DNA of 64,000 nucleotides from Candidatus Hydrogenedentota bacterium (lineage in GTDB: Bacteria; Hydrogenedentota; Hydrogenedentia; Hydrogenedentales; CAITNO01). Below the pieces are notes generated by a model. That model did no database searches. It was not told the DNA's origin and saw only the letters and a program-made list of their open reading frames with translations. The stretch's first letter is position 1. Every line of letters begins with the position of its first letter. Location: assembly GCA_012730105.1 (NCBI GenBank), contig JAAYBJ010000284.1:7872-71871 (forward strand), written 5' to 3'. The translations under genes and the position numbers were made by a program. Positions 30,589-39,935 of this stretch are shown here, in pieces.

Positions 30589-31467
30589 ATGGCTTTCAGC
30601 ATGACAGGATTCGCCCGGCAGGAAACGGAAATCTCGGGGGAAACGGCGGTAATCGAGATCAGCAGTGTAAACCATCGCTTTCTCGATCTGAGTTTGCGAC
30701 TGCCCAGCCAATGGTCGATTCTGGAACCCGCCTTGCGCGACATTGTCAAGACATTGATCTCACGGGGCAAGGTCTATATCTGTGTGCGGCATGGCAGAAG
30801 TCTCGGAATAGCCCCTCCCGTCCGGCTGGATGTGGAACGGGCCGGCGCGTATATTGAAGCGGCCCGCGAACTGATGCATCTTATGCGTTCCACGGATTCT
30901 ATGTCCCTGGACACATTGATCGCCCTGGACGGCGTGATTACCCCGATGGAAGAAGAAGTCGACCTGGAAAAGGTCAAGGAACAACTGAGTGCCGCGATCA
31001 GAACCGCGCTGCTTCAACTCAATGAAGTCCGCGCAAAAGAAGGCGCCGCGCTCCTGGCTGCCATCGCGGAACACCTGCGCAGCCTGGATTCCCTGGTGTG
31101 CAGGGTGGAAAAACGCGCCCCGGAACTGCTCACCCTGTACGAGGAAAAACTCCGGCAGCGTATAGCGGATATAAATGCGGAGGTGGGGGTAAAAGAAGAA
31201 CGGCTGTCCATGGAGGTGGCCATGATGGCCGACCGTATGGATGTCACAGAGGAACTTGTGCGGTTCAGGGCGCATATCGCGCACGCCCACGATATTCTCG
31301 CCTCCGAAGGTCCCGTGGGACGGGACCTTAATTTCCTGGTGCAGGAAATGCAGCGTGAAGCCAACACACTGGGTTCCAAACTGCGTGATGTGGAAGTCAG
31401 CCGGGATACCATAGAAATCAAAACCGAAATTGAAAAAATTCGGGAACAAGTCCAAAACCTCGAGTAG
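30589..31467 (+). CDS. yicC: YicC/YloC-family stress-induced protein
   Basis: 292 aa. N-terminus MTGFARQE…ISSVNHRFLDL is diagnostic of the YicC N-terminal domain, with a C-terminal DUF1732-like region. Confidence 0.8.
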   Translation: MAFSMTGFARQETEISGETAVIEISSVNHRFLDLSLRLPSQWSILEPALRDIVKTLISRGKVYICVRHGRSLGIAPPVRLDVERAGAYIEAARELMHLMRSTDSMSLDTLIALDGVITPMEEEVDLEKVKEQLSAAIRTALLQLNEVRAKEGAALLAAIAEHLRSLDSLVCRVEKRAPELLTLYEEKLRQRIADINAEVGVKEERLSMEVAMMADRMDVTEELVRFRAHIAHAHDILASEGPVGRDLNFLVQEMQREANTLGSKLRDVEVSRDTIEIKTEIEKIREQVQNLE

Positions 31468-31479
31468 CCGGGAGAAGTC

Positions 31480-32046
31480 ATGGGAAGAGGTCTTGTCTTT
31501 GTGGTATCCGCACCTTCAGGAGCGGGGAAAAGTACCCTGTTGTCAATCGCCAGAAAACGTCTGCCCGACTTGGCCGTAACAGTATCCGCGACAACCCGTC
31601 AGCCACGGCCAGGCGAAAAAGACGGTGTGGATTATTATTTTCTTTCGCGGGAAGAATTTAGAAAAGCGATCGCACGAAACGCTTTCGCTGAATGGGCGGA
31701 AGTGCACGGCCAGTTTTATGGTACCTTCAAGTCGGAAATAGAGCGCCATATCGGGCAGAGCGGCACCATTGTCCTGGAACTTGATGTGCAAGGCATGCAA
31801 AGCATTAGAAGCCTGTATCCGGACATGGTTTCCATATTTATTGTGCCGCCAAGCCTGGAGGAACTCAAAAGCCGTCTCATTTCCCGGGGTACCAACGAGG
31901 AGGAAGATATTCGCCTGCGTCTGGCAAACGCTACACGGGAGATGGAGGCACAATCTGAATTTGACCATATCATCGTGAATGATGACGTCGAAAACGCCGC
32001 GACACAACTGGTCGCACTTTTCCAAACATCCCCCCAAGCGTCCTGA
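31480..32046 (+). CDS. gmk: Guanylate kinase
   Basis: 188 aa. P-loop SAPSGAGKST and TTRQPRPGE…DGVDYYF motifs. Confidence 0.9.
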   Translation: MGRGLVFVVSAPSGAGKSTLLSIARKRLPDLAVTVSATTRQPRPGEKDGVDYYFLSREEFRKAIARNAFAEWAEVHGQFYGTFKSEIERHIGQSGTIVLELDVQGMQSIRSLYPDMVSIFIVPPSLEELKSRLISRGTNEEEDIRLRLANATREMEAQSEFDHIIVNDDVENAATQLVALFQTSPQAS

Positions 32047-32171
32047 AGCGATCGGGGCGGGAAATTCGGTTAATAAACGCTTTTGTGCTATACTACCGCC
32101 CATCGAATTCCATCCGAAAAGACGGATTGTCCGCCAAGCGCGGGTTCACGGTAAAGAACAGGAGTATTTTC

Positions 32172-32408
32172 ATGCCTTCACCCTATTGCGTAGATGATTT
32201 TAAAGAAAAATTCGACAGCCTCTACCGGCTTGTAATCGTGTCCTCCGCCAGAGCCATACATTTGGCCAAAAACGAACCGCGTGGTTTCGGTTCCGCTTTG
32301 CGCTCTCAAAAACCCACGATAAAGGCGCTGGAAGAAGTACTTGGAGGCAAGTTGTCTTATATTACCGCCGGGGAAGAAGAAGAAACCTTTGCAGAGTACG
32401 AAGACTAG
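32172..32408 (+). CDS. rpoZ: DNA-directed RNA polymerase subunit omega
   Basis: 78 aa from the Met with AGGAG RBS. …KFDSLYRLVIVSSARAIHL matches the omega helix-turn pattern. Conserved gmk-rpoZ-coaBC synteny. The ORF track starts at 32085. Confidence 0.7.
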   Translation: MPSPYCVDDFKEKFDSLYRLVIVSSARAIHLAKNEPRGFGSALRSQKPTIKALEEVLGGKLSYITAGEEEETFAEYED

Positions 32409-32414
32409 TTTTAA

Positions 32415-33614
32415 ATGATGCCTTTTGCCGAAAAATCCGTTCTTTTGGGGGTGTGCGGCTCCATCGCGGCATACAAGGCATGTGACTTGGCTTCCAAGCT
32501 TCGGGAGCAGGGGGCTGAAGTGATATGCGCGCTTACGGCTTCCGCAAGACAGATTGTGCAGCCCGCCACTTTTGAAGCCCTTACCGGCACCCGGGCCATA
32601 ACGGATCTTTTTGTTCCTGCCGCCAATCCGGAAATCAGCCACATTGCCGTTGCCCAACGCGTTCATCTCTGTCTGATAGCGCCGGCCACAGCCAACATCA
32701 TCGCCAAAGCCGCAAACGGCCTTGCCGATGATTGGATCAGCACCACCTTGCTGGCGACACGGGCGCCCGTTCTTTTCGCCCCTGCCATGAATACCAACAT
32801 GTATACTCATGCCGCAACGCAGGAGAATATCAGAATCTTGCGGGAACGGGGCGCCTTGTTTGTGGGGCCGGCATCGGGAAGACTGGCCTGCGGCTCGGAA
32901 GGCCCCGGGCGCATGGCTGAAATTTCGGATATTCTTGATGCGGCCCTGATTGCAGCAAGCCAACAGAAAGATTACGCCGGTAAACGCGTCTTGATCAACA
33001 GCGGTCCAAATCACGAACCCATTGATCCCATGCGTTACCTGGGCAATTGTTCTTCAGGGAAAATGGGAAGGGCGCTTGCCCTTGAAGCGCTTCGCCGCGG
33101 CGCGGAAGTCTGCGTGGTCACCGGACCCGCAGCGGTTTCCCCGCCCCATGGCGCTCAAGTTATTTCTGTACAAACAGCGGAAGAAATGTACGAATCGGTA
33201 ATGCTGCGTATGGACAGTTATGACATTATCATCGGCGCCGCCGCTGTCGCGGACTACACGCCGGAAACAGTCACACCGGAAAAGATCAAACGGCAGGAAA
33301 AAGACTTGCTTCTTCGTTTGCGGCCGAATCGCGATATCATCGCCTCAGTTGCCGCCCGCAAAACGCCGAATCAACGGGTCGTGGGATTTGCCGCAGAAAC
33401 AGGCGATATTCTTAAGAATGCCGAAGAAAAACTGAGCCGGAAACAACTGGACATGATTATCGCCAATGTTATCGGCGGTGATTCCTGTGCCGTTGGCTCG
33501 GACCGGGGAGATGCGTATATTCTGACGCAAAATCAAGTTGCTGAACACTTGGAAAACATTGATAAAAATTTGCTGGCCAAGTGTATTTTTGACCATTTAG
33601 CGGCTCTGGATTGA
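32415..33614 (+). CDS. coaBC: Bifunctional phosphopantothenoylcysteine decarboxylase / phosphopantothenate-cysteine ligase
   Basis: 399 aa. N-terminal flavoprotein motif (LLGVCGSIAAYKA), C-terminal CoaB domain. Synteny with rpoZ. Confidence 0.9.
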   Translation: MMPFAEKSVLLGVCGSIAAYKACDLASKLREQGAEVICALTASARQIVQPATFEALTGTRAITDLFVPAANPEISHIAVAQRVHLCLIAPATANIIAKAANGLADDWISTTLLATRAPVLFAPAMNTNMYTHAATQENIRILRERGALFVGPASGRLACGSEGPGRMAEISDILDAALIAASQQKDYAGKRVLINSGPNHEPIDPMRYLGNCSSGKMGRALALEALRRGAEVCVVTGPAAVSPPHGAQVISVQTAEEMYESVMLRMDSYDIIIGAAAVADYTPETVTPEKIKRQEKDLLLRLRPNRDIIASVAARKTPNQRVVGFAAETGDILKNAEEKLSRKQLDMIIANVIGGDSCAVGSDRGDAYILTQNQVAEHLENIDKNLLAKCIFDHLAALD

Positions 33615-33704
33615 TGCTTTCGCCCTTTCTCCGTCGGAATTTGAGGCAGGTATCTTAAGGGCCTTAAGCATTCAAAGTTTGTTCCAGTACTACGATAGGG
33701 AGTA

Positions 33705-34691
33705 ATGAAAATGCGTTTCGTCGTTATATTCGCCTTGTGTATGTTGTTCGGTGCTTTGTTTACAACAGCCGAAGAAACCAAAACAGCCGCGACCGAGAAG
33801 TCACTTGTGGAACGTCTGGGTTTCGCCCCGGACGCGAGGGTGCTTATTGTCAACGGCGACGATTTTGGCATGAATCATGCCACGAATGAAGGTACGCTGA
33901 AAGCGCTAAAGAACGGTGCCCTGACCTCTTCCACCATCATGGTATGCTGTCCCTGGTTTGAAGAGGCGGCGGATATGGCCAGAAAAAATCCCAAGGCCAA
34001 TCTGGGCGTACACACAACGCTCACCAGCGAATGGGGGCGGTACAAATGGGGCCCTGTGCTCGGGTGTTCCGCGGTTCCGAGCCTCTGCACGGACAAAGGC
34101 TACTTCCACGGAGAGGTCTTCGATATTTACGCCACATCCAGCCTGGATGAAGCGGAAAAGGAAGTGCGGGCCCAGATTGACAAAATGTTGGCGGCGGGCA
34201 TCGATGTAACCCATATTGATTCCCACATGGGGGCGATGCAATACGATGCCGTATATCATGAACGTTATATCCGCATAGCCGATTCTTACGATCTGCCCTG
34301 CCGCCTTCCGGGCAGGGATATGCTGCTCGCCCTTGGACAGGAACACCTGCTTGACCTTGCTAAAGAACTCAACGTCCTGGGCCCGGAAGTGCTGTACATG
34401 GGCGACCCGGACTCTATTGAAGGGACTGAAGCCTGGTTCAAAGATCGCATCAGCAATATTGAAAAAGGCAAGGTAAGCGAAATGTATATCCATTGCGCCG
34501 TGGATGCGCCGGAAATGCATGCCACAACCGGTTCCACACAACGGAGGGTGGCCGACACGGAGTTCTTCAGCGATCCGGCTACTATGACTTGGATTCGTGA
34601 ACAGGGGATTGAATTGATCAGTTACCGTGAACTCCGCGAACTTCAGAGAACCGGCAAAGCGCTTCCCCGCGTTTCACACTACGGGTGGTAA
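33705..34691 (+). CDS. Secreted YdjC/ChbG-family carbohydrate deacetylase
   Basis: 328 aa. Signal peptide. LIVNGDDFGMNHATNEG motif of the ChbG/HpnK/YdjC family. Confidence 0.7.
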   Translation: MKMRFVVIFALCMLFGALFTTAEETKTAATEKSLVERLGFAPDARVLIVNGDDFGMNHATNEGTLKALKNGALTSSTIMVCCPWFEEAADMARKNPKANLGVHTTLTSEWGRYKWGPVLGCSAVPSLCTDKGYFHGEVFDIYATSSLDEAEKEVRAQIDKMLAAGIDVTHIDSHMGAMQYDAVYHERYIRIADSYDLPCRLPGRDMLLALGQEHLLDLAKELNVLGPEVLYMGDPDSIEGTEAWFKDRISNIEKGKVSEMYIHCAVDAPEMHATTGSTQRRVADTEFFSDPATMTWIREQGIELISYRELRELQRTGKALPRVSHYGW

Positions 34692-34790
34692 CAAACAAAC
34701 TGTCGTTTACCAATCCCTCCCTACACTGGACGCAATGGGGGGGCCCGCACTTTCCCGGCGTGAACTTCGTCTCAGGCGGAAAACGTGTTT

Positions 34791-36215
34791 CTATGAACGT
34801 ATCATCTTGGTGAGTTGATCGATTCTCTGGCGTGCCGCCCGATCGTTTTCCGCATGGTGAGACATTTTGTCACAGGCATACAGCACAGTCGTATGGTCCC
34901 GCCCGCCAAAGTGTTCGCCCACATCGCTCAGGGACAGCCCCGGGACCAGGGTCTTGCAGAGATACATCGCCAGTTGCCGCGGGTAGACCACCTGTTGTTT
35001 GCGGCTTTTCCCGCGCAAATCCGCAATACGCACGTCAAAGTGTTCCGCCACGGCGCGTTGTATCTGTTCCACGGTAATGGGCCTGATCTTTTCGCTGCCG
35101 ATAAGATCCCGCAACACATTTTCCACCATGGCCAGCGTAATCTTTTGCTCGGTCAATTTACTGTACGCGTATACGGTAATCAACGCGCCTTCGAGTTCCC
35201 TGATATTCGTGGTGATATAGGTTGCGATATACCGCAGCACCTCTGAGGGAACATTGATATTGTCCATCTTCGCCTTGTTTTGCAAAATGGCGATGCGCGT
35301 CTCCAAATCCGGAGGCTGGATATCCGTGACGAGTCCCCACTCGAACCGCGACACCAAACGCTGTTCAATACCCTCGATCTCCTTGGGACTGCGGTCACTG
35401 GAGATCACAATCTGTTTGTGTGCGTCAAACAGCGCATTAAAGGTGTGAAAGAACTCTTCCTGCGTCGCCTCCTTGCCGGAGATGAAATGTATATCATCGA
35501 TAAGGAGCATATCCACGCGTCTGTATTTCGCACGGAAACGCTGGGTGTCCTTTTCGGCGATGCTCTGGATCAGCTCATTCGTAAACGCTTCGGAAGAAAG
35601 GAAAACGACCTTGGAACTCGGATCCGCCGCAAGCAACCATTGGCCCACGGCCTGCATCAAATGGGTTTTCCCCAGCCCGGTGCCCCCGTATAAAAACAGG
35701 GGATTATACGCGCGTCCAGGGGATTGGACAACCGCTTTCGCGGCCGCGTGCGCGAAGCGGTTCCCGTTGCCGATCACAAAGCGATCAAACGTGTACTTCG
35801 GGTTAAACCCCGGATAACTCTGTTTTGTTCTGCCCGCGTGTTGTCGAGACGGAGTAGACGAAACCGACGGAACTGATCTACTGTTTTTTTTCTCAGAAGC
35901 GGGGGAACCGGACTCGGCATAGGGCATATACTTGACGGTTTTGAGCGCGGGCTCTTCACGCCTCAACGCTTCCAGTACGGCTTCCTGATAGTGGTCTTCA
36001 AGCCAATTCGCAAAAAAAGTGCTGGGCACACGGACCGTAATCACCCCTTCGTGATACCCATCATACGATGTTTGCAGGAACCAGTTTTTGTAGCTGTATT
36101 CATCAAGTGTATCGCGTAAATGTATTTGTGCCCGATCCCAGAGATTATCATGTATTCCATTAACTTTTGCATTTCCAGTCTGCATCAGTTCATTCATGAA
36201 TAAACCACCCTTCAT
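34791..36215 (-). CDS. dnaA: Chromosomal replication initiator protein DnaA
   Basis: 474 aa. AAA+ Walker A GGTGLGKTHL, sensor motifs, C-terminal DNA-binding domain (…RDHTTVLYACDKM…). Confidence 0.95.
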   Translation of the reverse strand: MKGGLFMNELMQTGNAKVNGIHDNLWDRAQIHLRDTLDEYSYKNWFLQTSYDGYHEGVITVRVPSTFFANWLEDHYQEAVLEALRREEPALKTVKYMPYAESGSPASEKKNSRSVPSVSSTPSRQHAGRTKQSYPGFNPKYTFDRFVIGNGNRFAHAAAKAVVQSPGRAYNPLFLYGGTGLGKTHLMQAVGQWLLAADPSSKVVFLSSEAFTNELIQSIAEKDTQRFRAKYRRVDMLLIDDIHFISGKEATQEEFFHTFNALFDAHKQIVISSDRSPKEIEGIEQRLVSRFEWGLVTDIQPPDLETRIAILQNKAKMDNINVPSEVLRYIATYITTNIRELEGALITVYAYSKLTEQKITLAMVENVLRDLIGSEKIRPITVEQIQRAVAEHFDVRIADLRGKSRKQQVVYPRQLAMYLCKTLVPGLSLSDVGEHFGGRDHTTVLYACDKMSHHAENDRAARQRIDQLTKMIRS

Positions 36216-36481
36216 TCAAAAAAATTTATAAAAAAGGCGAATGAAACACCAATACCCAGCAAATAAACAGAATTCCAGAGAGAACAAACCGTTTAATTCC
36301 CGCCTGATGGCGGTACTCCCATCCCGATCCACGGGGAATAAAGCGTTCAAAATATCTTTCGCCCGAGGCGTCAAAAACGCCAGAAAATCAGCCCCGCCCC
36401 GGACGGCAACACCGAACACACAAAACTTTTATAGTATGAGTTTGCACCAACTCCATGATGCTTGTCAAGGCATTCTGCAAG

Positions 36482-36883
36482 TTATTGCTGCATAAGCTTT
36501 TTGGCGCGTTCCCAATACGCGTCCAATCTCTCTGTGGAGCAACTTTCCAAAGACACGCCCTCCTGGCTCGCTATTTTCCTTACACATTCAAGGCGTTTTT
36601 GAAAACGGGACGTGGTTTTATCAAGGGATTCTATCGGGTCAACACCCAAGAAACGCGCCACGCTGAAGGCCGCAAAAAGCAGGTCGCCTAGTTCCTCTCC
36701 GGCGTGAACAACATTATCTTCACGAACAGCCGACTCGAGTTCTTCCAACTCCTCCCTTACCTTATCCAGGACACCATAAATGTCGGGCCAGTCAAATCCC
36801 GTCGCCGCCGCATTATATTGAATTTGTATGGCAGTCCTCACCGGGCAGGCTGAATTTTTACTTACACAGAAAAGATCTGGCAT
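36482..36883 (-). CDS. MazG-family nucleotide pyrophosphohydrolase (small single-domain form)
   Basis: 133 aa. EELGDLLF…A motif of the MazG/NTP-PPase all-alpha fold. Confidence 0.65.
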   Translation of the reverse strand: MPDLFCVSKNSACPVRTAIQIQYNAAATGFDWPDIYGVLDKVREELEELESAVREDNVVHAGEELGDLLFAAFSVARFLGVDPIESLDKTTSRFQKRLECVRKIASQEGVSLESCSTERLDAYWERAKKLMQQ

Positions 36884-37179
36884 GATTAACCCTTACAACA
36901 GTATTAATCCGATTTCCGTTCTGATTGTTCTCCCCGCGCGTAACCGTTTCGCGAAAAAGATAAGAGGGCGCACATGCGCCTTTCATGAGGGTAGAATGTT
37001 AAAAAATTCAAGAAACGTGAAATGCTACAGAAAAAGTATGATACACTATTGGTACGATCATGCAAAACGTCAAGGAGCAAAGCATTGTAGATCTATCTCT
37101 TAGCGTTGCATAAACTTGCAGAAACGTTGTCTTTCGGAACACCGAGAAGCCCGCACAAGGATAAAAAAGGACTTTTCCA

Positions 37180-37806
37180 ATGGCTAAATCAATTCAAGAG
37201 TTGATTCAGGAACTGAATGACAAAACCGCCGGGTGGGCAACGCGACGCGATGCCGTGGAAACCTTGGGCAAGTACGCCCATCGCCTTGTAACGGAACTGC
37301 TGAACCATCAGCAGGAAGAAGACATGGATGTCCAGATGGAAGTAGAGCGCAGCCTGCAACCGCTTCATGTTCTGCTCGAAACCCCCGGCAAAACGCAAAA
37401 ACAGTATACGCTCCGGGAACTGGCGCTTGCCTGCGAAAGACATGGCCATCGCACTGTGGACACCTATAAGACCGGATTCGTAGTCACCGTAAAATTAGAG
37501 GAGGGCCGAAGCCATCGTGTCTACATCATGCCCAACAAATCAACAGAAAGCAAAAAAATCATCCGACTATTTACGCTCTGCGGGGAGGCTTCCCCTGAAA
37601 TGCTTTCCTGGGCCCTTAAGGCCAATGCGAAATTGACACATGCCGCATTCTCGATATTGACGTTTGATGACGAGGAACAATTGGCAATCATTAATAATAT
37701 TCTCAAAGAGGATGCCACACCGGCACTAATCAAGCGTGGTGTCAAGGAAATGGCGTTTTACGGTGACTGGCTGGAAGAGAAGTTAAGCGACAGGGACATC
37801 CTTTGA
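37180..37806 (+). CDS. Hypothetical protein (N-terminal HEAT-like repeat; C-terminal alpha/beta domain)
   Basis: 208 aa. RBS present. No recognisable catalytic motif. First gene of a three-gene cluster. Confidence 0.5.
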   Translation: MAKSIQELIQELNDKTAGWATRRDAVETLGKYAHRLVTELLNHQQEEDMDVQMEVERSLQPLHVLLETPGKTQKQYTLRELALACERHGHRTVDTYKTGFVVTVKLEEGRSHRVYIMPNKSTESKKIIRLFTLCGEASPEMLSWALKANAKLTHAAFSILTFDDEEQLAIINNILKEDATPALIKRGVKEMAFYGDWLEEKLSDRDIL

Positions 37807-37852
37807 GTGTATTACCACGCGCTGATGCGCGGTAGCGCGAAAAAGGGCTTTC

Positions 37853-38371
37853 GTGAAAATGGCGGAAATCAATCCTGATGTAACAGTCCTGTGTTTTGAG
37901 GAAAGTGGGGGCGCCCTTCACCCTGACGGTGATTATTCCGGCCGGGATCTTAGCGGTATGGATTTATCCGGGGCTAATTTGTGCGGCGCCAATTTTTCAA
38001 ATGCGAAACTATGCAACGCGTGCTTGAAGGGAGCGCGTTTGACCGGCGCAATCTTTGAAAACGCCGATCTGACCGGTGCCGATATCGAACTCGCGATTCT
38101 AGGCGGCGCGAATCTGGTCAGGGCGAAACTTATTCGCGCGAACCTGAAACGTGCCAACCTGGTTGGGGTACGGGCAGATCATGCCGATTTCACGGAGGCG
38201 GATCTTTATTATTCCCGACCCGGAAACGGATGCTTCGTACAAGCCGTATTCCAAAACGCTTCTCTTGAACGGGCGATTTTTCGCCGGGCAAATCTTCGCA
38301 ATGCCGACATGCGCGGTATTCAGGGGCAGGCAAATTTTGAGAATGCCATTCTGGAAGGGGTTAAAAGATGA
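37853..38371 (+). CDS. Pentapeptide-repeat protein
   Basis: 172 aa. About 25 tandem A(D/N)LxG pentapeptides (…ANLCGANFSNAKLCNACLKGARLTGAIFENADLTGADIELAILGGANLVRAKL…). Confidence 0.85.
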   Translation: MKMAEINPDVTVLCFEESGGALHPDGDYSGRDLSGMDLSGANLCGANFSNAKLCNACLKGARLTGAIFENADLTGADIELAILGGANLVRAKLIRANLKRANLVGVRADHADFTEADLYYSRPGNGCFVQAVFQNASLERAIFRRANLRNADMRGIQGQANFENAILEGVKR

Positions 38372-38928
38372 TTTTCGCGCATTTTTTAACCGATGTAAAC
38401 GAGGCCAATATGTTTCTGGTGGCATGCCCGGCGAGTAAAAAGGCGCTCCTTGTGGATGCCGCCTGCGGTGACCCGCGCCTTGACCTGTTTCTGAAAAAAC
38501 ATGGTCTTTCCCTCGAGGCCCTGTTTATTACGCATGATCATTATGACCATACAAACGGGGCGAGTGAAATTGTAAGAAGATATGGGGTTGAACTGTATGC
38601 GGGGCAGGCGCAAGTGGCCGGAATAAAAACCAGTGTGGTTCGCCTGAATGACAAAATAATCTGCGGCTCAATTGAGGGCAGGGTGGTGGAGTTACCCGGT
38701 CATACACCAACGTCTCTGGGACTGGTATTGCCCGGAATGGTATTTACGGGCGACGCGCTTTTTGCCGGCAGCATCGGCGGGGTTGCGAATGAACAAGACC
38801 GCGACCTGGAAACCGGAAAGATACGGCAACATATATTCACCCTTCCCGATGACTACCTGATCCATACAGGCCACGGTCCTTCAAGCACGGTATATGTCGA
38901 GAAAACCTACAATCCCTTTTTCGTCTGA
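38368..38928 (+). CDS. MBL-fold metallo-hydrolase (glyoxalase II-like)
   Basis: 186 aa. HxHxDH motif (THDHYDHTNG). Start overlaps the upstream stop (ATGA). Confidence 0.8.
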   Translation: MIFAHFLTDVNEANMFLVACPASKKALLVDAACGDPRLDLFLKKHGLSLEALFITHDHYDHTNGASEIVRRYGVELYAGQAQVAGIKTSVVRLNDKIICGSIEGRVVELPGHTPTSLGLVLPGMVFTGDALFAGSIGGVANEQDRDLETGKIRQHIFTLPDDYLIHTGHGPSSTVYVEKTYNPFFV

Positions 38929-38934
38929 AAGCGC

Positions 38935-39831
38935 TTATTCGATGGGGGTAAACAAGGCCAGGGAACGGCAGATTTGCGCTGTCGCCCGCGATTTGTTCAG
39001 AACATAAAAATGGATGCCGGGCGCTCCCTGGGCGATCAATTCTTCCGCCTGGCGGGCGGCGTAGTACACTCCCACCGCATATTGGCCCTCATCATCATCG
39101 TTATGCACCTCCAAACGGCGCAGTAATTTCGGACTGAGACGGGTACCGCACATACGGGTAAGCCGCTGTATTTGGGTCAGGTTGGTTACGGGCAAAATGC
39201 CTGGAATTATCGGCACATCGATGCCGATTTCGACACAACGGTCCCGAAACCTGAAATAGTCGCTGTTTTCAAAGAACAATTGGGTAACAATGACATCCGC
39301 GCCCGCGTCCACCTTACGTTTCAGGTTATCAAGATCAACCGCCGAAGAGGGAGCCTCGGGATGGGTTTCCGGATATCCTGCAACAGCGATGCCCAGTTCA
39401 GGAAATTCATCGCGTATCAGGCAGACCAACTCATTGGCATGGCTCAATCCTCCCGGAACAGGAGTAAATGCGGTCGCATCCCGCGGCGGATCACCGCGCA
39501 AAGCGACAATGTGATTAATTCCCAACGCCAATGCGTTTTTTATATATTGGACCAATTCATCCCGGGTGCTTCCCACACAGGTAAGGTGGGAAGCCAGTGG
39601 TATGCCGGGGTATTGCCCATGTATCTGGGATAATATATCCAAGGTTCGCTCGCGCGTACCGCCACCGGCGCCATAGGTGCATGTAATATACGCCGGCCTG
39701 CAATTTACCAATTCACGCAAATGTTCAAAAAGACTTCGCCTGCCTTCCTCCGTTTTGGGCGGAAACAGTTCAAACGAAATCACGGGCCTGCCCGACGCAT
39801 ACAACGTTTGCAAATTGACGTTCACCACCAA
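38935..39831 (-). CDS. metF: 5,10-methylenetetrahydrofolate reductase
   Basis: 298 aa. N-terminal SFELFPPKT…ITCTYGAGG motif. Confidence 0.9.
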   Translation of the reverse strand: MVVNVNLQTLYASGRPVISFELFPPKTEEGRRSLFEHLRELVNCRPAYITCTYGAGGGTRERTLDILSQIHGQYPGIPLASHLTCVGSTRDELVQYIKNALALGINHIVALRGDPPRDATAFTPVPGGLSHANELVCLIRDEFPELGIAVAGYPETHPEAPSSAVDLDNLKRKVDAGADVIVTQLFFENSDYFRFRDRCVEIGIDVPIIPGILPVTNLTQIQRLTRMCGTRLSPKLLRRLEVHNDDDEGQYAVGVYYAARQAEELIAQGAPGIHFYVLNKSRATAQICRSLALFTPIE

Positions 39832-39935
39832 TACTTCCTTTTCTTGACACGTTTATCGACGTTCATCAGTGTATAACCGAAATCTATTTTAAAGAGAAAA
39901 GCCTCCTGTCCCCAAAGCAGTTCTTATTTACAACC

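Noticed and set aside
36216-36481. Putative oriC/DnaA boxes immediately upstream of dnaA
   Set aside because: Only one weak 6/9 match (GATCCACGG), so there is insufficient evidence.
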